Below, one piece after another: positions 17,879 to 26,739 of a stretch of DNA of 64,000 nt. The stretch's first letter is position 1, and each line of letters begins with the position of its first letter. The stretch is taken from IMG/VR virus record IMGVR_UViG_3300043119_000443; one strand, 5' to 3'. A model generated the notes under the pieces. The model did no database searches. It saw only the letters and a list, made by a program, of their open reading frames with translations, and was not told the DNA's origin. Source of the DNA: a virus (lineage: Duplodnaviria; Heunggongvirae; Uroviricota; Caudoviricetes). Made by a program: the position numbers and the translations under genes.

Positions 17879-18409
17879 ATGAAATCCGTGCCATTCGAAA
17901 CCCGCGCCTTCTACGCCTACGGCCATCCGAAGAACCCCCGGACCCCGGCGAACAGCAAGATCGACCTGTCCGGCATTCGGATGATCGGCGGGTTCAAGTT
18001 CACCGATGGAGCCATGTCGCTCTATCTCCCTGCTCTGAAGTCGGAGCGCAATGCCGCCTACCTCGAACGGTTGTTCGGCATTCATAACGAGGTACTTCAA
18101 CGTGTGGATGTTCCTACGCGGTCGCGCACCTTCTCACCGCAATCCGAATCTCAAGGCGTACTCGGCCTCATTGACGCGGGTGCTCCCGTCGCCGAAGGAC
18201 AACCGACCGAGGGGAGCGGACCTGCTAAAGCCAGCGGTCCCGACGGAGCTGCACTGGAAGCCATCCGGGGGCAACGTGGAGTCAGTGGCGCGAAGAAAGG
18301 TTCCAGTGTCGCCACCCCGACAAAACTGGACGCCGCCCAACGGGCCGCGCTCTTAGGCAATGGTCCGGGCGCGGACAAGCTCAACATCAACGCCGACGAT
18401 CTGACGTAA
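17879..18409 (+). CDS. hypothetical head-associated protein (176 aa)
   Basis: Position between capsid and adaptor; Gly/Ala/Pro-rich C-terminus. Confidence 0.4.
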   Translation: MKSVPFETRAFYAYGHPKNPRTPANSKIDLSGIRMIGGFKFTDGAMSLYLPALKSERNAAYLERLFGIHNEVLQRVDVPTRSRTFSPQSESQGVLGLIDAGAPVAEGQPTEGSGPAKASGPDGAALEAIRGQRGVSGAKKGSSVATPTKLDAAQRAALLGNGPGADKLNINADDLT

Positions 18410-18523
18410 GCTTCGACGCCTGATCAACGTCACGCAAGGCCTGCCCTCACCGGCGGGCCTTGCACTTTACGGTCCCAACATGATACAGAGAGCTTGCCCG
18501 CATCCGGGCCGGAGGAACGTGAA

Positions 18524-18709
18524 ATGAAAATGAATTGGCCGTATATCTTCGACCGTCTCAAGGAACTCAGCACGTGGCGTATGCTCGCCGCGGTCGCCGC
18601 TGGTGTTGGTGTCGTCGTCACCGCTGGACAAGTCCAGATGGTGTTCGGCGCTTTCACGGCGGTCGTCACCCTGATCGAAGCGTTCCAACCGGACGCCCCG
18701 AAAGCCTAA
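18524..18709 (+). CDS. small membrane protein (61 aa)
   Basis: RBS GGAGG 18511-18515 then ATG 18524; TM helix LAAVAAGVGVVVTAGQVQMVFGAFTAVVTLI; followed by hairpin 18716-18743. Confidence 0.4.
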   Translation: MKMNWPYIFDRLKELSTWRMLAAVAAGVGVVVTAGQVQMVFGAFTAVVTLIEAFQPDAPKA

Positions 18710-18760
18710 GTGACTGCAAGGCCCATCGAAAGATGGGCCTTGCGCTTCACAGGGCTAGAT

Positions 18761-18773
18761 GGTAACCATATGG
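18761..18773 (+). promoter_or_regulatory. GGTAACCATATGG motif upstream of adaptor gene
   Basis: Variant of TTAACCAT motif 25 nt upstream of ATG 18798. Confidence 0.25.
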
Positions 18774-18797
18774 TCGCACAATCGGAGCCCCACCCTC

Positions 18798-19310
18798 ATG
18801 GCCTTCACAGTTCAGGACGACAACGGTTCGGTCGCTGACGCGAACGCCTATATCTCGGTCGCCTTCTTCACGACCTATCACGCCGATCGCGCCCAGACTT
18901 ACACGGGCGATACCGCGGCGATCCAAGCGGCCATCGTCCGCGCCACCCAGTATCTCGATACCCGCTTCACCTTCGTGGGCTATGTCCCGAACGTCGATCA
19001 GACGACCAAATGGCCGCGCCTGTCCGCGCGCGACAACAACGATCGCCTCCGCTACGACATCCCCCGCGAGATCAAGAACGCCACGGCAGAGTACGCGCGT
19101 ATCGCGCTCGCCGCCACGCTCAACCCGACGCCCACGCGCGACGAATACGGTGTGTCGATCAAGTCGCGGTCGAGCCGCGCCGGGCCAGTGTCCGAATCAT
19201 TCGAGTACGCTGATGGCGCTGTCTTCAAGATGCCGAAGTACCCCATCGCGGATCAATGGCTGATCGCTTCCGGCCTCGTTGAGCGCAGTGGCCGAATCAA
19301 CAGGGGGTAA
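18798..19310 (+). CDS. putative head-tail adaptor (gp6-like connector)
   Basis: N-terminus YISVAFFTTYHADRAQ...AAIQAAIVRATQYLDTRF resembles the head-tail connector ISVAEAKAHLR...AAREYAE pattern; position after head genes. Confidence 0.45.
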   Translation: MAFTVQDDNGSVADANAYISVAFFTTYHADRAQTYTGDTAAIQAAIVRATQYLDTRFTFVGYVPNVDQTTKWPRLSARDNNDRLRYDIPREIKNATAEYARIALAATLNPTPTRDEYGVSIKSRSSRAGPVSESFEYADGAVFKMPKYPIADQWLIASGLVERSGRINRG

Positions 19311-19312
19311 GA

Positions 19313-19726
19313 ATGTCCGACCATTCGTCATTCGTCACCCTAGCTTCACGACTTCTCCAGAAGAACGGGCGATCGTCCACCCTAACGATCCGGACGACTA
19401 CGCCCGGCGCGAACCCTTGGGACATCGCGGTCACGACCGACATCCCCCTTACGGTGATCATGATGTTCGTCCCGACCACGGTCAAGGACGATAAAGGCAC
19501 GATCATCCCCGGCAACTTCCAGCGCTGCTATTTCGCTTCCGCGGATGCCGAAGCGGCTTACGCTGACTGGGTGCTGACCAATGCCCCGTCGCTGGATGAC
19601 AGCTTGCCCATCCTGACGACCAAGGATGTGATCACGGACGGCGATCGCGAGTACCGCATCGTCCGCCTCGGTCAGCTCAAGCCGGGCGACCAATCCATTC
19701 TGTATGATCTTCTGGTCGCGGGGTAA
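19313..19726 (+). CDS. hypothetical structural protein (137 aa)
   Basis: Position in head-tail joining region. Confidence 0.4.
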   Translation: MSDHSSFVTLASRLLQKNGRSSTLTIRTTTPGANPWDIAVTTDIPLTVIMMFVPTTVKDDKGTIIPGNFQRCYFASADAEAAYADWVLTNAPSLDDSLPILTTKDVITDGDREYRIVRLGQLKPGDQSILYDLLVAG

Positions 19727-19729
19727 GCC

Positions 19730-20179
19730 ATGTCCATGAACTCTGCACAGGCACGCGTCGCGATCTACGAGCTTTGGGATGACGCATGGCAAGATGTCAC
19801 CGGATGGGCCGCGCTGCCCGGCGTGACCGTTGAGCCCCCTGTCTACTACGACAATATCGCCCCTGACGCCGCGCCCCGGTCGGACGCTATCAAGGTGGAA
19901 GTCAGTGTGATCCATACTGACAAGCCCATGGATAGCTTTGGGAACGGTCGCCCCAACTACAGGGCCACTGGAATAGTGGTCGTGAAGTTCTACGTTCCCA
20001 AGGATCAAGGATTGACTTTGGCAGACAGTATGGTTAATATCGCCCGGCGAGCACTGCAAGGTGTCCGCGGTTCTTCGGGGCTGGTGCTCCGGGGTATGTC
20101 AAGCAACGAGGAAGGCGCGGCGGATCGCTGGTTTGTGGTTCGCACTGTCACCCCATTTGAATACGAGGATGCAAGTTAA
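19730..20179 (+). CDS. hypothetical structural protein (149 aa), possibly neck/tail terminator
   Basis: Position; ATGA/TAATG coupling into the tail gene. Confidence 0.4.
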   Translation: MSMNSAQARVAIYELWDDAWQDVTGWAALPGVTVEPPVYYDNIAPDAAPRSDAIKVEVSVIHTDKPMDSFGNGRPNYRATGIVVVKFYVPKDQGLTLADSMVNIARRALQGVRGSSGLVLRGMSSNEEGAADRWFVVRTVTPFEYEDAS

Positions 20180-21744
20180 TGCCTTCCAATAAGATCGACA
20201 GCAATTTCACCGGCCTCCGCTTCGCTCCCGAAGCGGTCGGCTACATCGGCTATCTGCCGGGCGAAACCCATCCTGACGACGGCGTTCTGCCGGGCGGCAC
20301 GCCCGAGTGGAAACCCCTCGAACCGAACTCGTACAGCGACTTCGGTGGACAGATTTCGACCGTTGCCCGCACGCCGATCACGGCGAGCCGTCAGCGCTCC
20401 AAAGGCGTGACGACCGATCTCGACGCCTCCGCTGGCTTCCAGATCGACTTCACGGAAGACAACATTCAAGACCTGATGCCCGGCTTCTTCTTCGCTGACT
20501 GGCGTCTGGCCGCGACCCCGCTCTACACCGGCGAGAACGCCGCGATCACGGGTACGGCTGTTATCGGCGGTGTCGCCCAGTCATTCATCGACGGCATCGA
20601 CACCTTCTACGCTGTCGGCGATCTCATCCGCACGTCGGGCTTCACGAACGACGCCAACAATGGCGTGTTCGTCGTCTCGAACGTCAGCACGCCCGACCAG
20701 ATCACGGTCACGAACCTTGCCAGCGGTGCGCCCGGCCTCGTGGTCGAAGCCAACAACGCCAACGTCAAGGTCCGCAAGGTCGGTCGTCGCTTCGCTTCTG
20801 CCGATCTCTCGGTCGATGTGAGCGGTGGCTTCCCGGCTCTCGACAGCGCCGCGTTCACGATGACCGGCCTGAACCTCGTGCCCGGCCAGTGGATTTACAT
20901 CGGTGGCGACGCCACGGCGAACCAATTCGCGAACGCCAACAACAACGGCTTCGCGCGCGTCCAGTCCGTTACGGCGGGCTCGATCTTCCTCGACAAGACG
21001 CAGAACACGATGACCACGGACGCGGGAACGGGCAAGCTCATCACCCTGTTCTTCCCCGACCTGATCAAGAACGAAAACGACCCGACCCTGATCCTCACGA
21101 AGTCCTTCCAGTTCGAGCGTTCGCTCTCGACGGCGGGCTACGAGTACGTTAAGGGCGCGGTTGGCAATACGCTGGCGATCAACGTCGCGACGGCTGACAA
21201 GGTCAACATCGACCTCGCGTTCGTCGCCACGGATCACGTCGCTCAGGTTGGCCGCAAGTCGGGCACGTTCCCGGACATCGCGACTTCGGCCACGGCTTTC
21301 AACACGTCGTCCGACTTCTCCCGCATCCGCACCGCGGAAACGGGCGTCGCGGCTGACCCGCTGTTCGCCTTCATCACCGACCTGACGCTCAGCATCAACA
21401 ACAACGTCACACCGGCCAAGGCCGTCGGCGTGCTCGGCGCGTTCGACATGACCGTCGGCGACTTCGTTGTCGAAGGCAACATCACTGCCTACTTCAGCGA
21501 CGTGGCCGCGGTCAACGCCGTCCGCGACAACGCTGACGTGACGGTTGACTTCGCCCTGTCGAAAGACAACGCGGGCTGGGTGTTCGACATCCCGCTCCTG
21601 ACCCTCGGCGAAGGCCGTCTCGCGGTCGAGAAAGACGCGCCGATCACTCTGCCCGTCTCGCTCGCCGGTGCGAAGCACGAAACCCTGCTTACCACGCTCA
21701 TCGCGTGCTACTTCAACTACCTGCCGGATGCGGCAGCGGCATAA
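20179..21744 (+). CDS. putative major tail protein (521 aa)
   Basis: Large Thr/Ala/Gly-rich protein upstream of chaperone-like genes and tape measure; terminator follows. Confidence 0.45.
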   Translation: MPSNKIDSNFTGLRFAPEAVGYIGYLPGETHPDDGVLPGGTPEWKPLEPNSYSDFGGQISTVARTPITASRQRSKGVTTDLDASAGFQIDFTEDNIQDLMPGFFFADWRLAATPLYTGENAAITGTAVIGGVAQSFIDGIDTFYAVGDLIRTSGFTNDANNGVFVVSNVSTPDQITVTNLASGAPGLVVEANNANVKVRKVGRRFASADLSVDVSGGFPALDSAAFTMTGLNLVPGQWIYIGGDATANQFANANNNGFARVQSVTAGSIFLDKTQNTMTTDAGTGKLITLFFPDLIKNENDPTLILTKSFQFERSLSTAGYEYVKGAVGNTLAINVATADKVNIDLAFVATDHVAQVGRKSGTFPDIATSATAFNTSSDFSRIRTAETGVAADPLFAFITDLTLSINNNVTPAKAVGVLGAFDMTVGDFVVEGNITAYFSDVAAVNAVRDNADVTVDFALSKDNAGWVFDIPLLTLGEGRLAVEKDAPITLPVSLAGAKHETLLTTLIACYFNYLPDAAAA

Positions 21745-21782
21745 GGGCCTAGCCCGCGGGCTCTCAGAAGAAAGGGCGGCTA

Positions 21783-21818
21783 GGGGCCGGAGAGAAATCT
21801 CCGGCCCCTTTCATTTTG
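21783..21818 (+). terminator. rho-independent terminator
   Basis: GGGGCCGGAGA-gaaa-TCTCCGGCCCC hairpin then TTTCATTTTG. Confidence 0.6.
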
Positions 21819-21848
21819 TCTATTGACCATAATCCGGCCCGGTGGTAG

Positions 21849-21862
21849 CCATTAACCCTAAC
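21849..21862 (+). promoter_or_regulatory. CCATTAACCCTAAC motif upstream of 21889 gene
   Basis: Same 14-mer core recurs at 23191 and 62484. Confidence 0.35.
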
Positions 21863-21888
21863 GCTTCACAGCCAAGGGAATACCAACC

Positions 21889-22347
21889 ATGTCCATGTAC
21901 TCTGCCTTCAAGACCGACGCCAAGAAAGAGGCCGAAGGCATTTTCGTTGAATTCGGCGAGTTCCGGGTTCTCATCCGTCGCGCCGGTGGGGCGAACAAGC
22001 TCTACGCCAAGACGATGGAAAAGCTGGTCGCGCCGCACCGGCGTATGCTTCAGCTCGGGCAACTGGCCGAAGGCGTCATGAAGTCCATCCTCGCCGAAGG
22101 CTACGCCAAGGCGGTCATCATCGACTTCCAGTACAAGGTCGAGGATGTCGGCGACGGCCTGTCCGAACCGACGATGGAATGGAAGTCCGGCATCGAACTC
22201 GCCGACGGCACCATGGGCGAAGTGACCGAAGAGCGGGTCAAGGAAATCCTGCTCGACGTGCCGTTCATCTTCGACACGATCAAGGACGCCGCGGAATCGA
22301 TCGCGTCCTTCAAGTTCGAGGGTGACGAGGCCGCAGTAAAAAACTAA
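21889..22347 (+). CDS. acidic protein, putative tail assembly chaperone-like (152 aa)
   Basis: Acidic small protein between major tail candidate and tape measure. Confidence 0.4.
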   Translation: MSMYSAFKTDAKKEAEGIFVEFGEFRVLIRRAGGANKLYAKTMEKLVAPHRRMLQLGQLAEGVMKSILAEGYAKAVIIDFQYKVEDVGDGLSEPTMEWKSGIELADGTMGEVTEERVKEILLDVPFIFDTIKDAAESIASFKFEGDEAAVKN

Positions 22348-22367
22348 CCGACGTTCTCACCTACCAT

Positions 22368-22724
22368 ATGGTCCATGGTGAGAACGAGGTTCAGATCGCC
22401 ACGGCAGCGGCCAAACGCCGTGGCGACATCCCCGACTTCCTGAAGAATTGCCCCCAACTGGAAGAGGGGCTTGAAATCTATTGGGACGCCTTCGGTGTCC
22501 TGACCACTACGCGTCTGATGGGACAGGGTTTTATCGGCCCTATCCCGTGGACTGCTATCATCCAGTATTGCGATCGCTACGAGCTGGACTTCGAACAGAG
22601 CGAGCGCATGATTGCTTATTTGCGGGCTTTGGATAAAGTGTATCAAGAACACTTCCACAGTCGGATAAAGGCATCATGGCAAAAAACCTCGCCCCCAGCC
22701 CCCTCGCCAGCTTCCAAGTCCTAG
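22368..22724 (+). CDS. tail-assembly-chaperone-like ORF (candidate G of a G/GT pair)
   Basis: Ends 40 nt after an A6 run; next ORF overlaps in -1 frame. Confidence 0.4.
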   Translation: MVHGENEVQIATAAAKRRGDIPDFLKNCPQLEEGLEIYWDAFGVLTTTRLMGQGFIGPIPWTAIIQYCDRYELDFEQSERMIAYLRALDKVYQEHFHSRIKASWQKTSPPAPSPASKS

Positions 22725-23182
22725 CCGACAATCTCCAGATTCTCAGCGACCGATTTCGGAATAACGTGGCCGTGATGGCGAAGAAGGCGGCTATCGTGGT
22801 CGTCGAGGCTGGCGCTGTCCGCACGCCTGTCGATACCTCGGAAGCCCGGTCCAACTGGACGCTCGGAACCTCCACGGTGACCGTCGTACGCCCACCCTAC
22901 GTCTCGGGCAAGCGCAATCTGGGGATAGGGGAGCGCACGGCTTACCAGTCGGTCGTGTCCGCCGCTCAGCGCAACGCCAGAGCGATATCCACGTCGGCGG
23001 TGGTCAACGGTCGCCCGATCAACGTCAGCAACCCTACGCCCTATATCGGCCTCCTGAACGCTGGTTCTTCGCGTCAGAACCCGGAGGGAAACTTCGACGC
23101 GATTGCTATCCAGCTCGCGAAGGGGTACATCGAATCGTATGTGCGTACAGGCAAGCTATTGACTAATTTCGACGCAGTGTAG
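22676..23182 (+). CDS. ORF in -1 frame overlapping previous by 49 nt (candidate T part / independent protein)
   Basis: ATG 22676 followed by AAAAAAC (22681-22687); immediately upstream of tape measure gene. Confidence 0.4.
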   Translation: MAKNLAPSPLASFQVLADNLQILSDRFRNNVAVMAKKAAIVVVEAGAVRTPVDTSEARSNWTLGTSTVTVVRPPYVSGKRNLGIGERTAYQSVVSAAQRNARAISTSAVVNGRPINVSNPTPYIGLLNAGSSRQNPEGNFDAIAIQLAKGYIESYVRTGKLLTNFDAV

Positions 23183-23190
23183 ATTGTGCG

Positions 23191-23206
23191 GCATTAACCC
23201 TAACGG
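23191..23206 (+). promoter_or_regulatory. GCATTAACCCTAACGG motif 10 nt upstream of tape measure start
   Basis: Repeat of the 21849 and 62484 core. Confidence 0.35.
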
Positions 23207-23215
23207 TGCTTAACG

Positions 23216-26119
23216 ATGGCTACCCAGCCTATTGTCATTTCGGTCACGGTGAACGGCGCGAACAACGCCGCTCGCCAGATCACGAATGTCGGCACCGCCG
23301 CCGGTCGCGCGGAGCGTTCCGTCTTCAATCTGCGCAACCTGCTTCTCGGCTTCTCGGTCGTCTCGCTCGCCAAGGGTCTTCTGGCGATCACGGACGTTGC
23401 GACCCGACTGGACAACCGCCTCAACGTGCTGACCGGCTCACAAGCCCGGTCGAACGAACTCTTCCGCGAGCTGCTGAAAGTCTCGAACGATACGCGATCC
23501 GATCTGGAAGAGACGGTCAACAACTACGCGCGCCTCGAACGCTCTACGCAGGGGTATAACCTCACGGGCCGCGAGCTGCTTGATCTCACCAAGGGCATCA
23601 ACCAGTCGTTCAAGATTTTCGGTAACACGTCGGCGGAATCCGCGGCGGCGCTGGTCCAGTTTACACAGGGCCTTAGCGTGGGCGTGTTGCGCGGCGACGA
23701 ATTGCGCTCCGTTTTGGAACAGGCCCCGCGTTTGGCGAAGGCGATCGCGGACGGCTTGAATGAAATCCCGGAGGGTCAAGAACTCGCGGGCAAGTTCGGT
23801 CGTCTGTTCAAGGACTTCGAATCGGGCGCGATCTCGTCGGAGCTTCTGTCGGGTAGCTTGCGCCAGCTCGGCGCGACCGGCAAGCTGACCGGCGAGCTGA
23901 TCACCAAGGCGCTGCTCACCCAGTTGGGCAAGCTCAACGAAGAGTTCGAGCGCACGACGCCCACGATTGAAGACAGCATCACGATCGTCAAGAACAACTT
24001 CATCGCCCTCGCGCGCGATCCGTCGTTCCGTCTTTTCGCCAAGTCGGTGGCGACGGCGCTGATCAACTTCGCGGAAGAAATCCCGAAGGTAGTGGACGCG
24101 ATCAGGCCCTTCATCGTTATTCTGGCTGAAGGTGTCGGCCTTTTCTCGGACCTCATTTCGATCGGCGCGGAATTCGTCGGTGCCATCTCGGAGTTGTTCG
24201 TTAGTCTGGCTGAAACGGCGCTTGGCGCTTTCGGTGTCGTTGCAACCGCGGGTGAAGACTCGGGCGTCACGTTCTCGAAAGTGTTCGTCAACGCTTTCGG
24301 TATCATCTTCAATTCGTTCAAGACGGTCATAGACACTCTTGTCCGGGGTGCCGCTTTCATCGGCGGTTTCATCGCGGGTGTGGCTAAGGACATTTTCCTC
24401 GCATTCGACGTTGCGTTCGACGCTATCTCCGGTGCCGCGGAAGGCCTGATCAACTTCCTGATCGACGGCCTAAATGTGTTCAAAGGCGAAAGTGAAAAGA
24501 TCGCCAAGGTCAATTTCACTTCGGACAACGACCAGTTCAAGAACGAATTCCTCAACCCTCTTGAAGCGGGTACTGATGCCGCGAACAAGATGAGCGCTGC
24601 GGTGGACAAGGTGTTCGCGCCGTTCGAAGTCGCGGGCGAGAAAGCTGGCAATGCGATCGTGGCTTTCAGCCAGCGTTCCGCGGACGCCCTCGCGAAGATC
24701 AGGTCGGAAGTCCAAGAAGTCGCCGACACCGTTAATGAAATTACCGGCGATGCTGAAGCACTGCCGGTAGAAACGCAGTTGAATGCGAATGACCAGCGCC
24801 GTCTGGACAGCTTCCTCGATCGTCTTGCCGATCTGCGCGAAGGCGCGGATAGCGGTGTAGAAGGTCTGCGCGAGCTGAAGCGCGCCCAAGAACAGTACGA
24901 CAAGCTCGCGGGCAACGACGAGATCGCGAAGAAGCTGCAAGGCCGGTCCAAACAGGAAGAAGAATTCGCGGCGCTTCGCACGAAGTACAGCCTGCAAGCC
25001 GTGGCCGACCTCATGCAAGAAAGCATGGCGCAGGAAGACGCCGCGCAATCTTCACTGGATCACTATCGGGCGTATCGTCTGCTTACGAAAGCGCTCAAGG
25101 ACGGCGACGACGTTACGCAAGCGCAGATCGACACGCTCGCCGCCCAGCTTAAGGTCGAGCGCGATGTCATCGACGCTCAGCGTGAGAAGGACAACATCCT
25201 CGACAGCCTGACGCGCAAAGCGGACCAGTACAACGCGGTCCTGAAGGCGACCAACGAGCTGTTGGGCAAAGGCACGATCACCGAACAGCAACAGGCTCAA
25301 TTCCTGAAAGAGACGGACGTTGGCCGCGGCGTGGAAGACGCGAAGCAATTCGTCGCTGATGAATCGTTGAACCCTGAAGACAAGATCGCTCGCGAGCTGG
25401 AGCTGCTTCAGGCAGAAGAAGACGCGCGTATCGCTTTCATTGACGAGGCCGCACTTCTGAACCAAGAGAGGCTGGTGGAGTACGAACAACTCCGTCTCGA
25501 CACGATCGAAGCGTACTCCAAAAAGGAAACGGAAATCCGTCTGGCGGCGCAAAGCCTCCAGTACCAGAACGCATCTTCGGCGTTCGGCGATCTCGCGGAG
25601 CTGTCGAAAGGCTTCGTGAAGGAAAGCTCGGGCGTATACAAAACGCTGTTCGCCGTGTCCAAGGCATTCGCGATCGCTGACGGCTTCGTGAAGCTGAACC
25701 AAGCCATCATGAACGCGTCCGTGTCCCTGCCCTTCCCGGCGAACCTCGCGGCCATGGCGCAAGTCGGTGCGGCTGGCCTCGGACTGCTGGCGTCTATCAA
25801 GGGCGCAGTGGCCCCTGACGTGGCCCTGAAGGACGGTGGCTTCGTTGTCGGCCCCGGCGGTCCGCGAGATGACGCGGTCAACGCGGCGCTCTCGAACGGC
25901 GAATTCGTCGTGCGCGCGGACGCCGCGGCCCGTAACGCGGACTTGCTGGAGGCGATCAACTCTGGCCGATTTAATTCTGGACAAGGCGGCGGTTTGACGC
26001 TAAACCTGACCCAGAACGTGAACGGCGTGACGGACGCGCAAGGCTTCCGCGCATCTGGCCGTCAAGTTGCACAGGATACGGCTCGCGTCGTCGAGCGCGC
26101 CATCGCGAGGAATAGTTAA
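23216..26119 (+). CDS. tail tape measure protein
   Basis: 967 aa, Ala/Leu/Glu-rich coiled-coil, hydrophobic Gly/Ala/Ile/Phe-rich stretches (GAISELFVSLAETALGAFGVVA..), position before distal-tail genes. Confidence 0.85.
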   Translation: MATQPIVISVTVNGANNAARQITNVGTAAGRAERSVFNLRNLLLGFSVVSLAKGLLAITDVATRLDNRLNVLTGSQARSNELFRELLKVSNDTRSDLEETVNNYARLERSTQGYNLTGRELLDLTKGINQSFKIFGNTSAESAAALVQFTQGLSVGVLRGDELRSVLEQAPRLAKAIADGLNEIPEGQELAGKFGRLFKDFESGAISSELLSGSLRQLGATGKLTGELITKALLTQLGKLNEEFERTTPTIEDSITIVKNNFIALARDPSFRLFAKSVATALINFAEEIPKVVDAIRPFIVILAEGVGLFSDLISIGAEFVGAISELFVSLAETALGAFGVVATAGEDSGVTFSKVFVNAFGIIFNSFKTVIDTLVRGAAFIGGFIAGVAKDIFLAFDVAFDAISGAAEGLINFLIDGLNVFKGESEKIAKVNFTSDNDQFKNEFLNPLEAGTDAANKMSAAVDKVFAPFEVAGEKAGNAIVAFSQRSADALAKIRSEVQEVADTVNEITGDAEALPVETQLNANDQRRLDSFLDRLADLREGADSGVEGLRELKRAQEQYDKLAGNDEIAKKLQGRSKQEEEFAALRTKYSLQAVADLMQESMAQEDAAQSSLDHYRAYRLLTKALKDGDDVTQAQIDTLAAQLKVERDVIDAQREKDNILDSLTRKADQYNAVLKATNELLGKGTITEQQQAQFLKETDVGRGVEDAKQFVADESLNPEDKIARELELLQAEEDARIAFIDEAALLNQERLVEYEQLRLDTIEAYSKKETEIRLAAQSLQYQNASSAFGDLAELSKGFVKESSGVYKTLFAVSKAFAIADGFVKLNQAIMNASVSLPFPANLAAMAQVGAAGLGLLASIKGAVAPDVALKDGGFVVGPGGPRDDAVNAALSNGEFVVRADAAARNADLLEAINSGRFNSGQGGGLTLNLTQNVNGVTDAQGFRASGRQVAQDTARVVERAIARNS

Positions 26120-26124
26120 CCATG
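26115..26124 (+). promoter_or_regulatory. GTTAACCATG overlapping start codon of distal tail gene
   Basis: aataGTTAACCATGtcg; ATG 26122. Confidence 0.3.
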
Positions 26125-26739
26125 TCGTTCCATGACGTGCGCCTCCCCGTAGACGTTGAGCGCGGAGCCAGAGGTGGCCCCGGCTTCAACACTGGCGTTT
26201 CCGCGCTCGCTTCAGGCAAGGAACAGCGCAACATTAATTGGGCGCAACAGCGGTGTGCATACGATATTTCTTATGGCATTGGCTCGAAACAGCTCTACCG
26301 GGAAATCCTCAACTTCTTCTATGTGCGCCGTGGCCGGGCGTACGGCTTCCGGTTCAAGGATTGGGCGGATTATACGCTGACCGATGAGAACATCGGCACG
26401 GGCAATGGCGTGTTGACGGCGTTCCAGATCACCAAGACATACAGCGACGCCGCGGCATCGTACGTTCGCAACATCTACAAGCCGGTCAGCGGAACCATTC
26501 AAGTTTACAAAGCAGGCGTTTTGCAAACCGTGACTACGCATTACACCATTAACCATTCGACCGGCGTCATCACGTTCTTGGTCGCGCCGACGGGCGGACA
26601 GGCGATCACGGTCACCGGCGAGTTCGACGTTCCGGTCCGATTCGACACCGACAGTCTGGACGTGACCCTCCAGTGGGTCGAGGCCGGTCAGGTGCAAGGC
26701 ATCCCCCTCGTTGAACTTCGCCCGGAAGATTTGGCCTAA
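26122..26739 (+). CDS. distal tail protein, DUF2460 (RcGTA g12-like)
   Basis: N-terminus MSFHDVRLPVDVERGARGGPGFNTGV... and size/position after TMP match the GTA-type conserved phage protein family. Confidence 0.75.
   Translation: MSFHDVRLPVDVERGARGGPGFNTGVSALASGKEQRNINWAQQRCAYDISYGIGSKQLYREILNFFYVRRGRAYGFRFKDWADYTLTDENIGTGNGVLTAFQITKTYSDAAASYVRNIYKPVSGTIQVYKAGVLQTVTTHYTINHSTGVITFLVAPTGGQAITVTGEFDVPVRFDTDSLDVTLQWVEAGQVQGIPLVELRPEDLA

Noticed and set aside
18716-18743. Hairpin GCAAGGCCCATCGAAAGATGGGCCTTGC after the small membrane gene
   Set aside because: Good stem but no U-tract, and it sits within an operon just before the adaptor gene. It could be an RNA structure, but terminator status is unsupported
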